A DNA stretch of 64,000 nucleotides from Candidatus Latescibacterota bacterium (GTDB lineage Bacteria > Latescibacterota > UBA2968 > UBA8231). Both the position numbers and the translations under genes were made by a program. The notes beneath the pieces were generated by a model that ran no database searches, was not told where the DNA came from, and saw only the letters and a program-made list of their open reading frames with translations. Position 1 is the stretch's first letter, and every line of letters starts with the position of its first letter. Of the stretch, positions 46,704-56,881 are shown one piece after another. The stretch lies in contig OZ242214.1 of NCBI GenBank assembly GCA_965206595.1, positions 3,584,001 through 3,648,000 on the forward strand, read 5' to 3'.

Positions 46704-48113
46704 TTAATTGCTGACGTCTCTTCCATATCCAAAGGAATCTGCGAACTTCATGAAATCCTCGAGATTGATATGCCCATTGCAATCCAAGTCCGCCTTGTAG
46801 TTGAATTCCACATCATCCTCGGTAACATCAAAAACATCGGCGAAAAGGAAGAAGTCGTCATAGTCGACGTCATTATCCTCGTCTATGAAGCCGACCACGT
46901 TGACTTCCTCTTCCGTTTCCGGATCGACAATGACCCCGACGCGAGCGCAGACGGGTTCGGTAACGCTGCTTCCGAGAACCGTTACTCCAACCTTCCGGTT
47001 GCGCGGATCATTGCTGGTAATATTGAGAGATGAGTTGAAATCACCCGTTTCGGCCGACGAAAAGAGGACGTCGACCTCCTCGGATGCATCGGGGGCGATC
47101 GTGACTTCTGCATCCTCACCGTCGATGGAAAACACCTCATCACCCTCCAGCGCCAAACTGGCCTCGAGTTCCCCGCCCCCTTCGTTGGTGATCGTCAAGG
47201 TCTTGGTCTTGCTCTCGCCTGCAAGCACGTTGCGGAAGTTGAACCTCGTGCGGCTCAGGGAGATCATCGGCGCATCCATACCACCTACAATAGTCGCGCT
47301 TAGAGCCATGACCGTCACCCGATTGTCTGGATCGTTCGTCCTGATCGTCAATGTCCCGGTGTAATCGAGGTTGTAGTTGCCTACCTCGGCAGCGAGGAAA
47401 CTGACCGAAAACGAGATTTCTTCGTTGATCGCCAGAATGATCGGCCCATTGTCGTCGGCCAAGTCGATAGCGAATCCGTCCCCCTCAATCGAAACCTCGA
47501 CACCGAGTACGGCGTCGGCATCAGTGGCCGCATTGGTAACTGTGACCGTCTCTGACGTCTCCGAGTCGGGGCCAACTTCCCCGAACGCGATATCTCCCTC
47601 CGGGGAAATGGAAACGACTGGCGGCGGGCCGACTGCGATCGGACCGGAATCTGCTGCGTCACTCTCGTTTCCGCCGCCATCGACAGCGGTGACGGAGTAA
47701 TCGTAAGTGATTCCGCTTTCCACCGTTTCATCGACGTAGGAGTAAGAATCGTACCCGACCGCGACGGGTACTTCGTCGATCAATTCGGGCTCACCGCCGA
47801 GTTCGCTTCGCCGGATGTTGTATCGAACGACGTCGTTGACGGGAAAGGACGGTCCGGCCGAAGTGAAATCGGGGCCGACGGGAACTGACCGCACCCCCTC
47901 GGAAGGCGACGTATCCCATTTCAGGACCACACTGGGGCCGGCGAAGTCGACTTCGGCAATCAGGTTTTCAGGTGCATCCGGGGCAATGTTGTCGACCCCA
48001 GCAACCGGATCCGACATAGCATTTTGAGCTATTGCGGAATTCGCCCAAACAAGGGCGACAGCCAGCCCGATCAGGCCAACGCCTGCCGAAAACGTTTTTT
48101 TACCTTTCGACAT
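46704..48113 (-). CDS. Secreted acidic protein: FnIII-like domain, two ASH/choice-of-anchor-D-like Ig domains, twin EF-hand (dockerin-like) C-terminus
   Basis: RBS GAGGAGG then signal peptide; YSVTAVDGGGNES; two repeats ending TNDP/SNDP; DEDNDVDYDDFFLF and DLDCNGHINLEDF. Confidence 0.75.
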   Translation of the reverse strand: MSKGKKTFSAGVGLIGLAVALVWANSAIAQNAMSDPVAGVDNIAPDAPENLIAEVDFAGPSVVLKWDTSPSEGVRSVPVGPDFTSAGPSFPVNDVVRYNIRRSELGGEPELIDEVPVAVGYDSYSYVDETVESGITYDYSVTAVDGGGNESDAADSGPIAVGPPPVVSISPEGDIAFGEVGPDSETSETVTVTNAATDADAVLGVEVSIEGDGFAIDLADDNGPIILAINEEISFSVSFLAAEVGNYNLDYTGTLTIRTNDPDNRVTVMALSATIVGGMDAPMISLSRTRFNFRNVLAGESKTKTLTITNEGGGELEASLALEGDEVFSIDGEDAEVTIAPDASEEVDVLFSSAETGDFNSSLNITSNDPRNRKVGVTVLGSSVTEPVCARVGVIVDPETEEEVNVVGFIDEDNDVDYDDFFLFADVFDVTEDDVEFNYKADLDCNGHINLEDFMKFADSFGYGRDVSN

Positions 48114-48270
48114 ATTCGATTTCCTCCTCATCGAAATCTCTGTAATTGGGGGATTTTCTTGATCGTGAAGGGCGTTGAGGAGCACCTTCCACTCCCCGGT
48201 CCCGCAGTGCGGGAATTTCCGCAACTCAAGGCGAGGTCGCTAGTTACTGCAAAAGGTGCTAAGTATCGCA

Positions 48271-48298
48271 AATTTAGGGTATTGTCGTTGCAAGTCAA
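48271..48298 (-). promoter_or_regulatory. Candidate promoter of the Ig-domain protein gene
   Basis: TTGACT-N16-TAAATT in an AT-rich stretch. Confidence 0.45.
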
Positions 48299-48498
48299 GC
48301 AAATTTCTCGTCCGTTCCGGGCAATCTGGGGGCCTAATGCCCCAGCCAATTCATATGCGAAAGCGCCAATTTCCCGGACGCCTGCATTTTTTCGCAGCAA
48401 ATCGGGCATGGCCAAAGCCCAAATAATGAGGAAAGGGATCCAGGCTACTGCCTCCGTATACTGTGTTTGCGAAGTCAGCAGCCCCAAAATATCGCAGT

Positions 48499-48527
48499 TT
48501 GACCCGGTTGTCCCACCCGGGTAGCTT
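48499..48527 (+). promoter_or_regulatory. dnaG promoter
   Basis: TTGACC-N17-TAGCTT, about 55 nt before the ATG. Confidence 0.6.
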
Positions 48528-48581
48528 CTTCCCGGCGGCGCCCGACTATCCCTATATTGTCCCTTTCACTCGGGGCGTGCA

Positions 48582-50390
48582 ATGGCCCGGAATCTCATCC
48601 CGGAAGAAATCCTGGAGCGCATCAGGGCGGCGACGGACATCGTCGACCTCGTGTCGGGCCATGTCCAGTTGACCCGAAAGGGCAGGAACTTCCTTGGACT
48701 CTGCCCCTTTCACACCGAGAAAACCCCGTCGTTCAACGTCCATCCCGAGCTACAGATCTACCGCTGTTTCGGCTGTGGAGCGGGCGGAAACATCTTCAAA
48801 TTCGTCCAGGAGATGGACCGCGTCAGCTTCCCCGAGGCGGTGTCCTTCCTCGCGCGGCGCGGCGGCGTGGAGATCCCCGAGGGCGGGGTAGCCCGGGGGG
48901 ACGGACAAGTTGCCGACAAGATCTACCGGGCAAACGAGTGGGCGGCCAAGTATTACCATTACCTCCTGCGGCAGAAAGAAGGCCGCAGGGCCCTCGACTA
49001 CCTGCACGACAGGGGTCTTTCCGACGAAGTAGTCGACCGTTTCTACCTCGGGTACGCGCCGCCGGGCGGGACCTCGCTGCTGGAACGGGCCGGCCGGCGC
49101 GGCCATACCGCAGAGGTGCTGGAAAAAGCGGGACTGGCGCTTCCGAGCCACTCCGGGAGGGGGCATTACGACCGCTTCCGCGACCGCGTGATGTTTCCGA
49201 TCGCCAACCTGTCACGCCGCTCCATCGGCTTCGGCGCCAGGGCGCTGAAGCCCGACGATGAGCCCAAGTACCTCAACTCGCCCGAAACAGCGGTCTACCA
49301 CAAGGGGTCCGTGCTCTACGGGTTGAACTGGACGCGGAAGGAGATCGGCAACCGCGACTGCGCCATCGTCGTAGAAGGGTACATGGATCTCCTCGCACTG
49401 GCGCAGGCGGGCATCGGCCACGTGGTGGCCTCTTCCGGCACCGCCCTTACGGAACAGCAGTGCCGCACCCTGGACCGCTACGCAAGCCGGGTCGTCCTGG
49501 TGTTCGACGGCGATGCGGCCGGTTCCGCCGCGGCCATGCGCGGGCTGGAGGTGCTGATCGGGGCCGGTCTCGATGCGCAGGTCGTTCCCCTCCCTGGCGA
49601 CGACGACCCCGACAGTTTCGTGCGCCGGGAGGGCGAGGCGCGCTTTGGGCAGCTTGTCAACGAAGCGGAATCTGTCATCGCTTTCTACATCAAAGGGCTG
49701 GCCGATGAAATCGACCTTTCAACTATGGCCGGCAAAACGCGCGCCATCGTGCGCGTGGTGCCGCTGATCGCCAACTGCAGCAAATCGGTTGCCCGCGACC
49801 TGATGCTGCGGCAGGTGGCGCAACGGCTCGGAGTCGACGAACGGGCGCTTCGAGATGACATGGGCAAAACCCTCGTTTCGAGGAATCTCCGTACCCGAAC
49901 CCCGGCGAAGGAACTGCCGGAAATGCCCTCCTATCCAAATCCGCCTCGTCCAGAGCGGGACTTCATCGGTCTTCTCCTGCAACACCCTCAACTGATCTCG
50001 CGGACCGCGGCGGAGTTGGCCCCGGACCATTTCACTGATGCGAGGGTGCGCGAGTTGGCCGCACTTCTGTTTTCCCGCGACCCCGGCGGCTCACTCGATC
50101 TGTCCACCTTGATGTCGAGCGTTGAGAACCAGGGACTTGGCGATCTGATCTCGTCCTGCGCCATGATCGGGCTCGACGAGGAACAGGTGGAGCTCCAGTG
50201 GCGCGACTACGTGAGGGTTTTTCGCAGGAACTCCCTGACACGCAGAATCGAGGAATCCAAACGCGAACTCGAGGCCGCGGAACGCGCCTCCGGCAGCCTG
50301 GACGTCGATAGGGTCAGCTCCCGCATGATGGATCTCATCCGCGAACAGCACGAGCTCGACGCCGTCAAGTTCGGCGACGAGGATGCTTGA
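48582..50390 (+). CDS. dnaG: DNA primase
   Basis: CPFH.EKTPSF..CFGC zinc finger, DRFRDR, KYLNSPET, VEGYMD, FDGDAAG, DPD. Confidence 0.97.
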   Translation: MARNLIPEEILERIRAATDIVDLVSGHVQLTRKGRNFLGLCPFHTEKTPSFNVHPELQIYRCFGCGAGGNIFKFVQEMDRVSFPEAVSFLARRGGVEIPEGGVARGDGQVADKIYRANEWAAKYYHYLLRQKEGRRALDYLHDRGLSDEVVDRFYLGYAPPGGTSLLERAGRRGHTAEVLEKAGLALPSHSGRGHYDRFRDRVMFPIANLSRRSIGFGARALKPDDEPKYLNSPETAVYHKGSVLYGLNWTRKEIGNRDCAIVVEGYMDLLALAQAGIGHVVASSGTALTEQQCRTLDRYASRVVLVFDGDAAGSAAAMRGLEVLIGAGLDAQVVPLPGDDDPDSFVRREGEARFGQLVNEAESVIAFYIKGLADEIDLSTMAGKTRAIVRVVPLIANCSKSVARDLMLRQVAQRLGVDERALRDDMGKTLVSRNLRTRTPAKELPEMPSYPNPPRPERDFIGLLLQHPQLISRTAAELAPDHFTDARVRELAALLFSRDPGGSLDLSTLMSSVENQGLGDLISSCAMIGLDEEQVELQWRDYVRVFRRNSLTRRIEESKRELEAAERASGSLDVDRVSSRMMDLIREQHELDAVKFGDEDA

Positions 50391-50426
50391 CCGATGGCGA
50401 TAATCCGGTAGTTTCGAACCCGCACC

Positions 50427-50503
50427 GGGCCCATAGCTCAGTCGGTTAGAGCGGCGGACTCATAATCCGTTGGTCGTAGGTTCGAGTCCTACTGGGCCCA
50501 CCA
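50427..50503 (+). tRNA. tRNA with CAT anticodon, most likely tRNA-Ile2 (lysidine type)
   Basis: GGGCCCA/TGGGCCC stem, loop CTCATAA, GGTTCGAGTCC, CCA; ileX-like sequence and position after dnaG; lacks initiator features. Confidence 0.9.
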
Positions 50504-50641
50504 GCCATTCGAGACGCAGCCGGACTACGTTGCGTTTGCCCGGAATCCGAATCGCCTCATTCGCCGCTCCGGTGCCCTCTCGTCCGCCGCCGCAGCCAGC
50601 CGCCCGACGAACCCGGGCGATTCAAACAGGTAACCTTCGCG

Positions 50642-52006
50642 ATGGAACCTGTGCCTTCCGATTCATTCGTGGACAAAACCCCTACCTCGCGGTCGCTCTA
50701 CGAACGGGCCGTGCGGGTGCTTCCGAGTGGGGTCACACACGACACTCGTTACCTGCAGCCGCATCCGATTTTCGTCGAGCGCGCCCAGGGATCGCGCAAG
50801 TGGGATGTCGACGGCAACGAATACGTCGACTACTTCGGCGGTCACGGCGCCCTGATGCTGGGGCACAACCACCCCGTCGTCACCGAAGCGGTTCGCGAGC
50901 AGCTGGAGCGCGGCACCCACTACGGCGCCTCGCACGAACTCGAGCTTGAGTGGGCGGAACTGGTCGTCCGCATGGTCCCGTGCGCCGAGAAAGTGCGGTT
51001 TACCAGCTCGGGGACCGAGGCGACCATGCTCGCCCTGCGCATTGCCCGCGCCTACACGGAACGGCGGAAAATCCTGCGTTTCGACAGCCATTTTCACGGC
51101 TGGCACGACCAAGTGGCTTTCGGTTCCCCCGCCACCTCTGCGGACGAGCTCCCGAGCGGGATCACCCGGGGCATGGCGGAAAACATCGCCCTCTGCCCGC
51201 CGAACGACATGGATGCCGCCGAGGCGTTGCTCGACAGCGGCGAGATCGCCGCTGTGATCTTCGAGCCGACGGGGGCGACTTTCGGCCGGGTGCCGACGGC
51301 TGACGGCGTCCCGCATAAGCTGCGGCAACTGACCGCGCGGACAGGAACGCTTCTCATCTTCGACGAAGTCATTACGGGATTCCGCGTCGCCAGGGGAGGA
51401 GCCCAAGAGGTGTACGGCGTCACTCCCGATCTCGCCGTAATGGCCAAGTCGATGGCCGGAGGCTTTCCCGGGGGCGCGGTGGTGGGACGGGCGGATGTAA
51501 TGGACATGCTGACCATGAAAGACGCCCAGTGGAACGCCAGGCGGCGCATTGCGCACCAGGGAACCTTCAACGCCAACCCGATCTCGGCAGCTGCCGGACT
51601 CGCCCAGCTGAAGATGATCGCCGAGGGGGATGTGATCGAGCATGCAAACGCGAACGGGGAACAGCTCCGCAGGCTGCTCGCCGAAGTGAGCGCGGAAGAG
51701 GGGAGCAATGCCGTCGTCTACGGAACCTATTCCGGTTTCCACTTCTTCTGCGACGATGAAGACCGGGTGGTCACATGCGAGGCGATCTATAATGGAGAGG
51801 TTCCGTACGGAGTGCTGAAAGGCGGTATTCCGGGCGCCTTGATCAGCGACTTCCGCGCCGGAATGCTCGCCGCCGGTGTCGATCTGGTGCCCTGGCCGGG
51901 AGGTCTGATATCGGCGGTTCACACCGATGAAGACCTGGAACAGACAGCAGCGGCTTTCAGACAGGTCCTGCGGCAGTTGGAAAAAGCGGCGCCTGTTACG
52001 GCTTGA
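50642..52006 (+). CDS. Class III aminotransferase (glutamate-1-semialdehyde aminomutase-like)
   Basis: WDVDGNEYVDY, SGTEATM, FHGWHD, FDEVITGFR, PLP lysine in MAKSMAGG, GTFNANP. Confidence 0.88.
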   Translation: MEPVPSDSFVDKTPTSRSLYERAVRVLPSGVTHDTRYLQPHPIFVERAQGSRKWDVDGNEYVDYFGGHGALMLGHNHPVVTEAVREQLERGTHYGASHELELEWAELVVRMVPCAEKVRFTSSGTEATMLALRIARAYTERRKILRFDSHFHGWHDQVAFGSPATSADELPSGITRGMAENIALCPPNDMDAAEALLDSGEIAAVIFEPTGATFGRVPTADGVPHKLRQLTARTGTLLIFDEVITGFRVARGGAQEVYGVTPDLAVMAKSMAGGFPGGAVVGRADVMDMLTMKDAQWNARRRIAHQGTFNANPISAAAGLAQLKMIAEGDVIEHANANGEQLRRLLAEVSAEEGSNAVVYGTYSGFHFFCDDEDRVVTCEAIYNGEVPYGVLKGGIPGALISDFRAGMLAAGVDLVPWPGGLISAVHTDEDLEQTAAAFRQVLRQLEKAAPVTA

Positions 52007-52034
52007 CGTTCCAGTTCTGGGCTGGGCGGATTGC

Positions 52035-52111
52035 GGGCGATTAGCTCAGTTGGTTAGAGCGCTGGTTTCACATACCAGAGGTCACTAGTTCGAATCTAGT
52101 ATCGCCCACCA
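52035..52111 (+). tRNA. tRNA-Val (CAC)
   Basis: GGGCGAT/ATCGCCC stem, CTGGT-TTCACAT-ACCAG anticodon arm, GTTCGAATC, CCA. Confidence 0.96.
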
Positions 52112-52119
52112 CCTGCATG

Positions 52120-52154
52120 AAGCGGGCAGCAGTTCTACTGCTGCCCGCTTTTTT
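52120..52154 (+). terminator. Intrinsic terminator after tRNA-Val(CAC)
   Basis: AAGCGGGCAGCAGT-TCT-ACTGCTGCCCGCTT plus T-run. Confidence 0.88.
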
Positions 52155-52337
52155 GTATAGAACTCGCCGCCCGGTGAGTTTCCAGAATTCAAGGCGCCGG
52201 AAAATGTGTCCCAGGCTTGAAATATCGGCGTCGGTCCGACCCAGGCGCAGCCCGGAAACCTTGCAGGCCTGTAATCATTGGTGGACCCGAGGTTGATGGC
52301 CCCTTGCCGCCACGCCTGCGGCCATCTGCAATTTCAG

Positions 52338-53177
52338 CTATTCCTTTACAGCTCCCGCGGTCAATCCCCGGACGAAGTGCCGCTGCAGCGAGACGAAGAT
52401 GGCAATGGGGGGCAGGCTGAAGATGAGAGAAGCTGCGAAAAGCTGGTCGTACTTGTTGACGTACTGCCCGAGAAACGCGGTCCTGATCCCGATGGGGATG
52501 GTCAGGGCGTTCGACTTGGTGAATACGTAGGCGAAAAGGAACTCGTTCCACGACAGCAGAAAGGCGAAGGTACCGACAGCGACCACTGCCGGCGCGGCCA
52601 GGGGCAGCACGATCCGCCACAACAGCTCGAGTCGCGAGCAGCCGTCGATCAGGGCCGCCTGCTCCAGGTCCTCCGGAATAGCCTTGAAGTAGCCGTTTAG
52701 GAGCCAGGTGCAGAACGGGATCGCGAACCCTGTGTAAATCAGCACCATTCCGACGTGGGTATCGAGGAGACCGAGATTGCGGATCACCTGGAACAGCGGA
52801 ATCAGGATGGAACTTCCCGGCAGCATCTGCGACATCACCACGAGCATCAGCAACAGGGTGGCGCCGCGGAACCGAAAACGGGCGAAGGAATAGGCGGCCC
52901 CGACACTGAAAGCCAGGGAAATCACCGCGGTCGCCAGCGAGATTCCCGCGCTGTTAACGAAGTAGCGGACGAAGGGGGCTTCGTCCCAGATGTCGAAGTA
53001 GGCGTCGAAGGTCAGCGACTGCGGCCACACAAGCGGCGGTGTCTGCGTCATTTCGGAGATCGGCCTGATCGACGTGCTCACCACCCATACCAGCGGCAGC
53101 ACCAGGAGTAAGACGAACAGGCCGCCCAGCCCGTAACCGAGGCCGGACCGGATTCTATCCTGCGTCCCCTGTTTCAT
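52338..53177 (-). CDS. Carbohydrate ABC transporter permease (MalG-like)
   Basis: YFVNS, AAYSFARFRF, EAA-loop IPEDLEQAALIDG, SWNEF. Confidence 0.92.
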   Translation of the reverse strand: MKQGTQDRIRSGLGYGLGGLFVLLLVLPLVWVVSTSIRPISEMTQTPPLVWPQSLTFDAYFDIWDEAPFVRYFVNSAGISLATAVISLAFSVGAAYSFARFRFRGATLLLMLVVMSQMLPGSSILIPLFQVIRNLGLLDTHVGMVLIYTGFAIPFCTWLLNGYFKAIPEDLEQAALIDGCSRLELLWRIVLPLAAPAVVAVGTFAFLLSWNEFLFAYVFTKSNALTIPIGIRTAFLGQYVNKYDQLFAASLIFSLPPIAIFVSLQRHFVRGLTAGAVKE

Positions 53178-54601
53178 GCCGGTTTTGCCTCAGCCCTGCT
53201 CTCGGCGAACAGCACGCGGATGAAGACCATGCTGATGGCGAGCAGGAACAGCAGCAGGATCATCGCGGCCGCGGCTCCGCGACCGAGGCGCAGATGCTCA
53301 AAGGCGTAGCGGTATACGGAGATGGGAACGACCTGGGTAGACGCGGCGGCGTGATCGAGGGCTTCCCGGGGTGTCATCACACCGGTCATGGCCCGATTCA
53401 CGGCGTCGGAAATGTGACGCTGAATCTCGGTAATCGCCGGGTGTCCCGGCCAGCCCAGGCCGTTCTTCCCGGCCGTCTCCAGCTGATCCAGGCCGATATA
53501 GCGCCCCTCCATCCCGGGGCCGTACGCGTCCCGGGATGGAGGCAGCCCTCCCATCCTCGGGTTCGGGGTACCTGCCAGACCGGGTCGTCGAAATTGAGCG
53601 CCTTGAGGACCGTTCAGGCCTCTTGGGGATGCGGGTTCCGGTGATGGCCACCATGATCACGTCGAGCAGGGTGCGCGGCGAATGCTTCTCCAGCGGCACG
53701 TCAGGAACCGGCACCTGCGCCAGCACGAGCTGCGACAGGTCGAAGTCGAAGTTGCCACGCACGATATCCTGCCACCAGGGCCCCTCGATGGAGAACGCCG
53801 CCTTCCCGGTCGTCCAGTGGGCGGAATTCTCGTCGAAGGCGTAGGCTGAGGTCGCCGCCGGCATGTACCCCGGCATCCTTCAGATCCACCAGGAATTGCA
53901 GCGCCGCACGCCCTGCGGGGCCGCTGAAGGCCGCTTTCGTCCAGTCGTCGTTGAAGACGCGTCCTCCGGCGCCGTACAACAGCGGCAGGAATCGGTACGC
54001 CGTACCGAGGTTGAGGCCGGCGGGCATGGCGAAGGCGTGGATTCCGTGCTCCTTCAACACCGCCCCGACCGCTTTCATTTCCTCCCAGGTGCGCGGAATC
54101 GCCACCTCGTAGCGGTCGCGAGGATCGAGCTGTTGGCGACGAGCACGAACGGCAGCATCGTGACGGGAAGACCGTAATGCCTGCCGTTGTGGCGGACATG
54201 CTCGAGCACGTTGTCGAACAACCGCTTCCGAACCTCGGGCCAGTCGGAGAACGTCTCCAGCGGCAGCAGCCCTCCCAGCTCACCGAATTCGACCGAGTAC
54301 TTGTGGTGCACGCGAATGACGTCCGGCCCTTCGCCGATGACGGTTGTGCTGATCAGACTCTCGCGCTGCGTCTTCCAGTCCGGCGTTTCGAGCTCTACGC
54401 GGATGTCGTCGTGGGCGGCGTTGAAATCCTTCACGGCCTGCCGGATCCACTGGCAGTGCCCGGTACCCCGCCGAAATCCCACACTAGGATCTCGACCGCT
54501 TCTCCGGGCCCCTGCCCGCTTCGATCGGCGCAGGAAAATCCAGTCGCGGCCAGCGCCGCGGCCAGCACGCCTCGTAGAACCCGTTCCGTGATCCGTGTCA
54601 T
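53174..54601 (-). pseudogene. Sugar-binding lipoprotein with several frameshifts, fused by apparent deletion to the last helix of a MalF-like permease
   Basis: Lipoprotein start MTRITERVLRGVLAAALAATGFSC; binding-protein motifs (GEGPDV, YGLP, PRTWEE, GKAAF.IEGPW) spread over four or more frames; ends TPREALDHAAA|STQVVPISVYRYAF..G..AA. Confidence 0.75.
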
Positions 54602-54909
54602 CGTTTTTCGCCCTGCTCCAACTGGCTGTCGAAGGGTAGTCCACCTCCACTTTCTTTGAGCGGCACCGGTTGCCAGCTCCCCCAGCCGGAGCTTGTTTTT
54701 CCCCCCTCGATGTCCCCTCCATCAAATATCGCCATCCGTACTCACCTCTATTCCCTCTCGCGGCCGGGGGAGGGGACGGTCCCTCGGGTCCAATCCGGCG
54801 CCGGCAGGAACAGCCTGTCGGAGATGGACACCCTGGCGCCTCCGGGGGTCTCGCCGTGTCTGTCCTCGCCCCCGTGGTATACCAGCTTCCACCTCCCCCC
54901 GAACCGGCC

Positions 54910-56827
54910 GTGAGCGCACGCGCGATCCTCCTCGGCCTGCTCTGGGTGGTCGGCATCTGCATCGGGTCTCCGTATTCGCTCTGGATGGTCGGCTCGACGG
55001 AACCGACCTGGTCGCATTTCCCCTCCTCCGTCGGTTGTCCGTTCGTAGTCCTCGTTCTAGGAAATGCCCTGCTGCGCAGAATCGGGATCTCCTGGGCCCT
55101 CCGCCCCGCCGAGCTGATCACCATGCTGGTCATGGGCCTGGTGGTCACCGGAATCCCGATTTTCGTATTGGGCACCCTGATGGCGCTGATTTCGGCGCCC
55201 TACTACGCCGCCACCCCCGAGAACCAGTGGCGCGTGCTGATCCAGCCCTACCTTCCGCGTTTCGCGGTCCCCCAGCCCGAAGGGGACGCGATCCGCTGGT
55301 TCTGGGAGGGGCTGCCATCCGGCCAGGACCTGCCGTACCGCCTATGGCTGGGCCCCATTTTCTGGTGGTCCACCCTCCTGTTCACCGTCTACTTCGTCTG
55401 CTTCTGCATCGTCGTGATTTTGAGGCGGCAGTGGCAGGTCGAAGAGCGACTGGTCTACCCGATCACCGAGCTCCCGCGTCTGTTGCTCGAGGATGACAGC
55501 GGCGGCCGCGGCACCGTTCTCCGGTCTCCCGTCTTCTGGACCGGATTTTCGATCGCCCTCGGAATGGTGCTGTTCAGCACGATTCGCTTTTTCCACCCCG
55601 GCTTCGCCGACCTCGCCGTCTGGGAGGGCAATCCGTTCTCCCTCGGCCACGGCTTTCCCATCCTGGACTTCCGGCTGGTTCCCCCCATCCTGGGGTTCAT
55701 GTTCTTCGCCAATACCGGCATTTCGTTCAGCATCTGGTTCTTCTACCTGGTCGCCGTTCTGCAGGAGGGGATCACCAACCGCGTCGGCTACGACGTCACC
55801 CAGCCCGATGCGTTCGTCTGGGGCATGCAGTCACTTTCCTGGCAGGGCTGGGGCGCCGGCGCCCTCTGCGCCATGCTCGCCTGGAGCATGTGGATGGGCA
55901 GGGGTCACCTGCACTCGGTTTTCGGCCAGGCCTTCGGGGCGAAAAAGCGCCTCGACGACGGTTCCGAGATGCTCGGCTACCGCACCGCGGTTTACGGACT
56001 GATTCTCGGGCTGGCGTACTGCGTCGGCTGGCTTTTTGCCGCGGGTCTCGACCTGCACGTCGCGCTCCTGTTCACCGCCGGTGTGATTATCGCCTACACC
56101 GGCATGACGAGGCTGGTTGTGCAGACCGGGATGTACTACTTGACGACCCCTGTGAACGGCCAGGCTTTCGCCGCCGCGGTCAGCGGCACCGCCATGGGAG
56201 CCGGCAACCTCGTCCCCCTGGGGCTGCAGTACGCGTGGCACGGAGACGTGCAGTCGATCTTCATGCCCTCGGCCGCGCACGCCTCGCGCCTCGAGCGCAT
56301 TACCCGGGGCCGGCGGTTGATGTCCGCGGCAATAGCGGCAGCGGTCGTGGTCGGTTTCGTCTCTTCCTTCTGGTACATCCTCTACGTCTGCCACGAGTAC
56401 GGAGCGGGGAACCTGCGATCCTGGTACTTCGGCGCCGGCGGCGGCATCGACAGGATGGCGTTCAGCGGCGTCATCCGCCAGATCGACAACCCTGCCGGAA
56501 CCGATTTGGGCAAGCTGTTTTACTCCAGAGTCGGCGCGCTCGCCTATTCTGCGGTCGCGCTGGGCCAGTACCGCTTTCACTGGTGGGCCCCTGCATCCGG
56601 TCGGTATCGCGCTCGCCCCGATGTGGATGACCCGGCTCGTGGCGTTTTCGGTCTTCGTCGCCTGGCTGACCAAGACCATCCTCCTCGCCTACGGTGGCAT
56701 TCAGGCGTACCAACAGGCGCGCCCGTTTTTCGTCGGACTGGTCGCGGGGTTCTTTGTCGGGGTGGGTGTGTCGTTTTTCGTTGACGCCACCTGGTTCTTC
56801 GGGTACGGCCACGGGGTACCCTGGTAG
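54910..56827 (+). CDS. Polytopic membrane protein (DUF6785-like putative transporter), one frameshift near 56587
   Basis: LRRQW..EERL.YP, many TM helices; WWPLHPVG motif restored by removing one G; C-terminus in track ORF 56621-56827. Confidence 0.65.
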
Positions 56828-56881
56828 ACGGGGAATCCGTCCCGCTCGAGGTGCGAAGGATCGCCCGGTTTCGCGCCCGGC

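Noticed and set aside
35355-52111. The two tRNA-Val genes as att-like direct repeats flanking an island
   Set aside because: Both are complete tRNAs with different anticodons and the DNA between them is core genes.
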